Positions 58,100 to 64,000 of a stretch of DNA of 64,000 nt are shown here, one piece after another. The stretch is taken from positions 5,608-69,607 of the forward strand of contig JBEIDU010000002.1 in the NCBI GenBank assembly GCA_040383345.1, in the 5' to 3' direction. The number at the start of each line of letters is the position of its first letter. The stretch's first letter is position 1. The notes beneath the pieces were generated by a model, which was given only the letters and a program-made list of their open reading frames with translations, made no database searches and was not told the origin of the DNA. Both the position numbers and the translations under genes were made by a program. The DNA is from Chitinophagales bacterium. Lineage in GTDB: Bacteria > Bacteroidota > Bacteroidia > Chitinophagales > JADJOU01.

Positions 58100-60064
58100 A
58101 TGAAAAAAGGATTTTTACTTTTATTGTCTTTAATCTGCTTGAGTGTTTATGGTCAAAGTTTACTTGATTATAATACAAAAAGCTTATTTAAGTTGCCAAC
58201 TGTTATGAAAATGCCAAAAAATTATACAAATCAAATTTCGGCAAGAGCAGCTACTTCAATTGATACTTTTGATATAAGTCATGCATTTTACACATTGAAC
58301 TGGAATAAATCAAAAAGTCTCAATACCGGAGGAAATTTATATTCTTCTTTTGGTACTACTTCAGTTCAAATGTCATCTATTACAAATTACTTAAACCCTA
58401 AATCGGATGGTTCATTTAAAGAAGTATTTACATTGTATGATACAATGTACCGATCTGGAGTTACTTCAGCTAATGAATTTGTAAGAAGTGCCTATATTAT
58501 TGATAGTAGTGTATCTGTGACTATTGATACAGTAATGGTAATATGCGGACTAGCTGCCATTGATTCAAATAATATTGCTGGAGATACCGTTTCATTTTCA
58601 TTGTTTGATGTAGATAAAGCTACAAAAGCAAAAAAAGGCCTTATCAAAAAAGTTGAATATACTTCTACCGCTGATTTGAAGAAATTTCTAAATGGAGGAT
58701 TTCTTTATTTTGCAAATGTACCATTTAAAACAAGATTAGCAGATTCTGTTAAAGCATTTGGAATCAATATTGAATATAAAACAGTACATAAAGATTCTAA
58801 TTCTTTATTAGTTGCTTATAATTATTCTGATTCTTGTGTAAATGTCACTTTAAATGGTCAAAATTTTAGGTCACCAGCGATGAGACCACTTTTCACGAAT
58901 TATACACAATGGATCTCTATTGATTCAGTATCTCCAACAAGTGTAAATACTGCTAATGAAAATAATGGGTTTAATTATAATATCACTACAATTCCACCAA
59001 ATTGTAGATATGTATACACTCAAAACTACTACTTATTTCCTTCTGTTATTGTTGAAAGCAAGTTTTATGGTTCTTTAGCTACTAGCCCTATAAAAAATAC
59101 GTTTTGTGCAAATGAAGCAATAACTATTTCGCCTGATGTTCAAGGTGGTAAAGCACCATTTACATACAAATGGACTGCAACTACGGGTACTATAGATAAT
59201 GATACAGACCCTGCAATTATTTTGACATTGGGTACAGCTAATTCAAATGTAAAAGTTGTAGTAAAAGATGCCAATGGTGATAGTTTAACGTTGACTAGAA
59301 CTATTACAGTTTCTAATCCAACAGTTTCAATCACAGCATCAAAAGCTACATTGACTACATGTAAAGATTCTTCAATACTTACTGCTACTCCTGCTTCAGG
59401 CTTATCTTTCTCTTGGTCAGGTGGTTCTAGCACTACAAATAAATTAACGGTAAAAAGTGCTGGTTCTTATACCGTAACAGCTACAAATAGCTCTGGATGT
59501 TCAGTAGTTAGTAATTCATTATCTATTGCTTCAACAGCACCTTCTATTACCCTTTCATATACGTATACTCCTACAACTAATGTATGTATCAATAAAGATG
59601 TATCTTTTACTAATACCTCACCAAACCCTACTGGATGGAATTTTTCTTGGAAAGATGGAACAACTGAAATTAGTACAGATCCTAGTTCATTTACGCACCA
59701 ATTTACATCAGCGGGAACAAAAGCTGTATCTTTGAATGCTACTACTACAAGTGGATGTGTTGCTACTCCTATTTCAAAAAATATTGTAACTAAAACTTGC
59801 ATAGGTATAGAAGAAAATCTATCTGAACAAATTAAAGTTTATCCAAATCCTTCAAAAGATGGTAGATTTACAATATCTTCTACTACTCCAAACCCAATAA
59901 ATATAAATATTACAGATATATTGGGTAAAACAGTTTGTTCACAAAATTTAGGTACTTTTTCTAAGCAAGTAATAAATCTTAATAATGTACAAAATGGTGT
60001 TTACTTTATAGAAATTAATAACGGTTCATCTACTTCAATTCAGAAATTAATTATGGATAAATAA
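58100..60064 (+). CDS. Secreted protein with PKD-like repeats and a T9SS type A C-terminal sorting domain
   Basis: Signal peptide MKKGFLLLLSLICLSVYGQ. C-terminal domain at 59834-60061: KVYPNPSKDGRFTI...GVYFIEINNGSS...QKLIMDK. Confidence 0.85.
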   Translation: MKKGFLLLLSLICLSVYGQSLLDYNTKSLFKLPTVMKMPKNYTNQISARAATSIDTFDISHAFYTLNWNKSKSLNTGGNLYSSFGTTSVQMSSITNYLNPKSDGSFKEVFTLYDTMYRSGVTSANEFVRSAYIIDSSVSVTIDTVMVICGLAAIDSNNIAGDTVSFSLFDVDKATKAKKGLIKKVEYTSTADLKKFLNGGFLYFANVPFKTRLADSVKAFGINIEYKTVHKDSNSLLVAYNYSDSCVNVTLNGQNFRSPAMRPLFTNYTQWISIDSVSPTSVNTANENNGFNYNITTIPPNCRYVYTQNYYLFPSVIVESKFYGSLATSPIKNTFCANEAITISPDVQGGKAPFTYKWTATTGTIDNDTDPAIILTLGTANSNVKVVVKDANGDSLTLTRTITVSNPTVSITASKATLTTCKDSSILTATPASGLSFSWSGGSSTTNKLTVKSAGSYTVTATNSSGCSVVSNSLSIASTAPSITLSYTYTPTTNVCINKDVSFTNTSPNPTGWNFSWKDGTTEISTDPSSFTHQFTSAGTKAVSLNATTTSGCVATPISKNIVTKTCIGIEENLSEQIKVYPNPSKDGRFTISSTTPNPININITDILGKTVCSQNLGTFSKQVINLNNVQNGVYFIEINNGSSTSIQKLIMDK

Positions 60065-60085
60065 TTAATTTTTGAAAATACATAT

Positions 60086-60115
60086 AAAGCCCCAACAAAA
60101 GTTGGGGCTTTTTTT
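60086..60115 (+). terminator. Intrinsic terminator after the type A T9SS cargo gene
   Basis: Stem aaagccccaac / gttggggcttt, loop aaaa, T-run. Confidence 0.75.
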
Positions 60116-60172
60116 ATGCCAGTTTATAAGAAGATCTAATATTTTTATGCTTTTCAATATCGTGATACAAAC

Positions 60173-60206
60173 AAAAAAAGCCTTGCTATTATAGCAAGGC
60201 TTTTTT
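60173..60206 (-). terminator. Intrinsic terminator (A-run/hairpin/T-run) after the Cys/Met PLP enzyme gene
   Basis: Stem gccttgcta / tagcaaggc flanked by A7 and T6 runs, 24 nt beyond the stop at 60230. Confidence 0.7.
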
Positions 60207-60229
60207 AACTTATTAAATTGAATGTTACA

Positions 60230-61474
60230 TTATTTCAAAGCTTGCTCTATATCAGCTATCAAATCTGTAGGATTTTCTACACCAATAGAAAGACGAATTA
60301 GTTTTTCGGTTACATTGATTTTGGCTTTTACATCTTCGGCTACGCCTGCGTGGGTCATAGAATAAGGATGCTGAATCAAACTCTCTGTACTTCCAAGACT
60401 TACTGCTAATTTTATCAAATGTAATTTATCCAAAAAGTCAAAGCATTCTTTTTCGCCGCCTTTGAGGTCAAACGAAATCATAGCGCCAGGCTCTGAACAT
60501 TGTGCTTTATAGATACGCTCTTGTTCTGCATTATCAAATTGATCAAAATAGTAAACTTTTTCAATTTTTGGATGCGAACGAAGGTATTTGGCTACTACTT
60601 TTGCGTTTTCACATTGTCTATCCATTCTCAATTTTAAAGTTTCTAAACTTCGGGTCATCAACCAAGCTGTATGAGGACCACTCATACCTCCAAGACTTGA
60701 ACGCATTTTACGTACTCTAGAAACTTCTGTTTTTTTACCAATGCAAACACCAGCAACAATATCGCTATGTCCACCCAAATATTTTGTAGCACTATATACA
60801 ACCATATCGCAGCCCATTTCCATTGGATGCTGCCAGATAGGTCCCATGTATGTATTATCTGCTATTACATATACTCTTTTTTCGGGAGTTGATAATTTTT
60901 TGGCAATATTTACACACATTTCAATATCTATCAATACATTGTTTGGATTGGCTGGTGATTCAACAAAAATTACAGATACTTTGTCTTTAACTCCTTTTTC
61001 TTCCAACATGGCTATAATATCAGCTTCTTTATCTCCTGCCATAAATCCTATAGCTCCAATATTAAATTTAGATAATATATTTTTGAAAAATCCGTCGGTA
61101 CCGCCATACAAGGGGTTTGAATGTAAAATGAATTCACCTGGTTTTGTATATTCAAACATGGTCGTTGATATAGCAGCCATACCACTTTCAAATACGCAGG
61201 CATCATCAGCACCTTTTTCATAAATAGCCAATCTGTTTTCTAAAATTTCAAGATTTGGATTATTAAAACGGCTATAGATTAATCCATTGGTCTCACCAGC
61301 CTCTAATTGTCTTTTGCCTAATGCAATTTCAAAGAATCTCTTACCATCAGCAGCAGATTTAAAAGCAAATGTGCTCGTTTGGAAGATAGGTGGCTTCACA
61401 CTGCCTTCACTCCATTCTGGATTATATCCAAAAGTCATCATTAAACTTTCGGGATTCATATTTTCTTTACTCAT
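60230..61474 (-). CDS. Cys/Met-metabolism PLP-dependent enzyme (methionine gamma-lyase / cystathionine gamma-synthase family)
   Basis: YSATKYLGGHSD PLP-lysine motif. I prefer ATG 61474 over 61498 because a minus-strand TActTTTG box at 61500-61507 abuts the longer start. Confidence 0.85.
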   Translation of the reverse strand: MSKENMNPESLMMTFGYNPEWSEGSVKPPIFQTSTFAFKSAADGKRFFEIALGKRQLEAGETNGLIYSRFNNPNLEILENRLAIYEKGADDACVFESGMAAISTTMFEYTKPGEFILHSNPLYGGTDGFFKNILSKFNIGAIGFMAGDKEADIIAMLEEKGVKDKVSVIFVESPANPNNVLIDIEMCVNIAKKLSTPEKRVYVIADNTYMGPIWQHPMEMGCDMVVYSATKYLGGHSDIVAGVCIGKKTEVSRVRKMRSSLGGMSGPHTAWLMTRSLETLKLRMDRQCENAKVVAKYLRSHPKIEKVYYFDQFDNAEQERIYKAQCSEPGAMISFDLKGGEKECFDFLDKLHLIKLAVSLGSTESLIQHPYSMTHAGVAEDVKAKINVTEKLIRLSIGVENPTDLIADIEQALK

Positions 61475-61705
61475 TTTTTTTAATTTGATTTGACGCATAC
61501 AAAAGTAAGCTATTTTGACTTAATTTTTGGTTTATATTTATTGAAAGAGGGTATAATAATTTAAAACATGACTATGTTGATGATTTAATACTATATATTT
61601 AGATTATTTAATTTTGAACGAAATTATGTTTAAACTAAATTTTTTAATTAGATACTCTAAATTTAATACTTCTCATTTTTTTACAACTTTTTGAGTGTAT
61701 TAAGT

Positions 61706-61713
61706 TATTTTTG
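61706..61713 (+). promoter_or_regulatory. -7 box TAttTTTG upstream of argS
   Basis: It overlaps the track's TTG start at 61711 and lies 22 nt before ATG 61735. Confidence 0.5.
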
Positions 61714-61734
61714 TCCTTAAATACAAATTTCGCT

Positions 61735-63501
61735 ATGCAACTTTTTATCAATAAACTAAAAAATGAACTGTATCCGTATCTTCAAACACTTGTAGAAGGT
61801 GATATAACTCATGTTGCATTGCATTTTGAACTTACCAGCCCCGAGCATCAAGGGAATCTGACGCTTTTGGTTTTTCCTTTAGCTAAAATGGCTAAGAAAA
61901 ATCCTGAAGAAATGGCTCAATTGTTGGGAAAATGGATGGTAGAAAAGAATTTTGCAGCTTCGTATGTGGTGATAAAAGGGTTTTTGAATATCAATCTAAG
62001 TGCACAATCCTGGCAAGAGATTAATAGCAATTTATTACAAATTGAAAAAGTAGCTCACTCCGAAAATATCGTGCTTGAATATTGTGGCCCCAATACCAAT
62101 AAACCATTGCATATAGGGCATTTGCGCAATTTGTTTTTAGGATTTTCAATGGGGCGAATTCTTCAAGAAGCTGGACATAGTGTTCATAAAGTTAATATTA
62201 ATAATGACCGAGGTATAGCTATTTGCAAAAGTTTAATAGCCTATAAATTATACGGAAATGGCGCTAAACCTGAGATTGTGGGTAAAAAAGGCGATCATTT
62301 TGTTGGCGATTTTTATGTGAAATTTGCCGAAGTACTCAAAGCGCAGATAGAAGAAGGTATTGCAAAAGGATTGGATAAAAAAACTGCGGAAAAACAAGCG
62401 CCAATAACACAAGCCAATGAAGAATTGCTCAGAAAATGGGAAAATGGTGATGCCGAAACTATTGCGTTGTGGCAGAAAATGAACGGCTGGGTTTATGATG
62501 GCTTTAAAACTACTTTTGATGAATTGGAAATCGATTTTGAAAAAGAATATTACGAAAGCCAAGAGTATCTGAATGGAAAAGAAATCGTTCAGGCTGGATA
62601 TGAAAAAGGTGTGTTCAAAAAAGATGAAACGGGTGCCTTTTTGATAGACTTGACTGCTGAGGGTTTGGATGAAAAAATAGTACAACGTGCCGATGGTACT
62701 TCTATATACATTACCCAAGATTTGGCATTGATCAAAAAACGATACGAAGATTTTAAAATGGATCGAATGATCTATGTAGTAGCTGATGAACAAAATTATC
62801 ATTTCAAAGTGCTACAAGGAATTTGTAAAGCATTGGATATGGATTTTTCAAAATCAATTCATCATATGTCATATGGAATGGTTGTTAGCAAAGATGGTAG
62901 CAAATTCAAATCGCGTGAGGGAACCGCTGTAGATGCTGATGATATCATTGCAGCTACTATAGAAGAAGCCAAAAATCAAACCTTGGCAAGTGGTAAAGCA
63001 AATCATTTTTCCGAGGAATATCTACAAGAATTGTCAAAAACTATAGGACTAGGTGCGTTACGATTCGGTATGCTAAAAGTCAATTTGAAAAAATCAATTC
63101 CTTTTGATCCTGCGGAATCGGTAGATATGCAGGGCGATACAGGAACATTTGTGCAGTATAGTTTTGTTCGTACTCAGGCTATTTTGAATAAAGAAAATTA
63201 TAGTTTTTCTGTTTCAGAAATTCCTCCTCAAATGGAAAAGGAAGAAAAAGATTTGCTGATACACATAGCTCAATTCAATAAAGTACTGCATTTAGCGGCA
63301 TCGCAGTATGATCCTACGGAAATTGCACAATTTGTTCTCACATTATCCAAATTATTTAATCGTTTTTATACAAAACATCAAATATTGAATGTAGAGGATA
63401 AAGATATTAAGAATTTTAGATTGTATTTGACGTATGCTTCAAATTTCTTTATAAAAAAATCATTGCATTTGCTTGGAATTAAATCACCCGAAAAAATGTA
63501 A
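61735..63501 (+). CDS. argS: Arginine--tRNA ligase
   Basis: PNTNKPLHIGHLRN (HIGH motif) and a C-terminal DALR anticodon-binding-like region. Start moved to ATG 61735. Confidence 0.95.
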   Translation: MQLFINKLKNELYPYLQTLVEGDITHVALHFELTSPEHQGNLTLLVFPLAKMAKKNPEEMAQLLGKWMVEKNFAASYVVIKGFLNINLSAQSWQEINSNLLQIEKVAHSENIVLEYCGPNTNKPLHIGHLRNLFLGFSMGRILQEAGHSVHKVNINNDRGIAICKSLIAYKLYGNGAKPEIVGKKGDHFVGDFYVKFAEVLKAQIEEGIAKGLDKKTAEKQAPITQANEELLRKWENGDAETIALWQKMNGWVYDGFKTTFDELEIDFEKEYYESQEYLNGKEIVQAGYEKGVFKKDETGAFLIDLTAEGLDEKIVQRADGTSIYITQDLALIKKRYEDFKMDRMIYVVADEQNYHFKVLQGICKALDMDFSKSIHHMSYGMVVSKDGSKFKSREGTAVDADDIIAATIEEAKNQTLASGKANHFSEEYLQELSKTIGLGALRFGMLKVNLKKSIPFDPAESVDMQGDTGTFVQYSFVRTQAILNKENYSFSVSEIPPQMEKEEKDLLIHIAQFNKVLHLAASQYDPTEIAQFVLTLSKLFNRFYTKHQILNVEDKDIKNFRLYLTYASNFFIKKSLHLLGIKSPEKM

Positions 63502-63621
63502 AAATTATTATTATTTATGATCTTTAAAAAACTTTTTTACTTTAGTTAAAGATAAATAAAGATGATATTTTTTCTAGAAATAATTATAATATATTCAAGT
63601 AATATTAGTTAATTAAAATTT

Positions 63622-64000
63622 ATGAAAAGAATTGTATCTAAGTTGTTTATGGGAAAAAATGAATCGGGTAATTATAAGCAAAGACATTCTATACCATTTC
63701 AAATCAAGAATCTAAAATCTATTTGGAATAATGAAAGCTATGAAGATGCAGGAATAGAAAGATTAGTTAGACTATTACTTGCAATTGCACCTTTCATGTT
63801 TCCAGGTTTGTATATCAAGCATTTTTTTGAGAAATACGGTTATGGGGCAAAAGTAATTGCTATAGATTTTTTTGTAATTCTTAAAACAATTTTACCTTTT
63901 TTACTTCTTATTTCAAATCAACTATATAATCCTTATTGGCTTGGAATTTCAATATATCTTATGCTAGAAACTATTTTGTATATACCTATTCAAATTTTTG
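63622..64000 (+). CDS. 5' part of a hypothetical membrane protein running off the right edge
   Basis: ATG 63622 opens a frame (MKRIVSKLFMGKNESG...) that has no stop before base 64000. Hydrophobic segments occur after about residue 60. It is absent from the ORF track because it has no stop. Confidence 0.5.
   Translation, partial: MKRIVSKLFMGKNESGNYKQRHSIPFQIKNLKSIWNNESYEDAGIERLVRLLLAIAPFMFPGLYIKHFFEKYGYGAKVIAIDFFVILKTILPFLLLISNQLYNPYWLGISIYLMLETILYIPIQIF

Noticed and set aside
61568-61588. Tiny Met-rich ORF (MTMLMI*) in the intergenic region next to the methionine-metabolism gene
   Set aside because: It is on the plus strand, so it is oriented toward argS rather than toward the Cys/Met PLP enzyme. 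It has no associated attenuator structure. At six codons in AT-rich DNA, it is easily explained by chance.

Overview
The window looks like a chromosomal segment of an AT-rich Bacteroidota genome; GC was judged by eye, not computed. The phylum call rests on three things: type A and type B T9SS C-terminal sorting domains, a PorP/SprF gene, and TAnnTTTG -7 boxes in front of many genes. About 50 CDSs are densely packed and most are housekeeping: kup, hppA, rfbA, kbl, menF, gcvP, lpxH, pckA, typA, tdk, argS, two class-I aminotransferases, an ABC-F ATPase and an RluA-family synthase. I found no rRNA, tRNA, CRISPR array, transposase or integrase. Seven items deserve a second look. (1) A membrane pyrophosphatase continues in frame into a C-terminal OmpA-like peptidoglycan-binding domain. 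(2) A full-length ppk1 is broken by exactly one in-frame TGA. (3) A 1350-aa DUF4011-type SF1 helicase carries a degenerate REase-like fold and a WGR-like tail. It sits alone in a visibly more AT-rich stretch between long intergenic regions. (4) A cassette encodes a 1866-aa type-B-CTD adhesin, a PorP/SprF protein and a PorE-like OmpA protein. (5) Two tandem cyclophilin-FKBP dual-domain PPIases and a secreted thioredoxin lie at the end of a Wza/Wzc/GT4 polysaccharide-export block. (6) Several A-run/hairpin/T-run bidirectional terminators sit between convergent genes. (7) A 14-nt direct repeat with 22-nt spacing lies upstream of an aminotransferase promoter. I cannot show that any of these is a genuinely undescribed multi-gene system. 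All function calls come from motif recognition by eye, with no database search.
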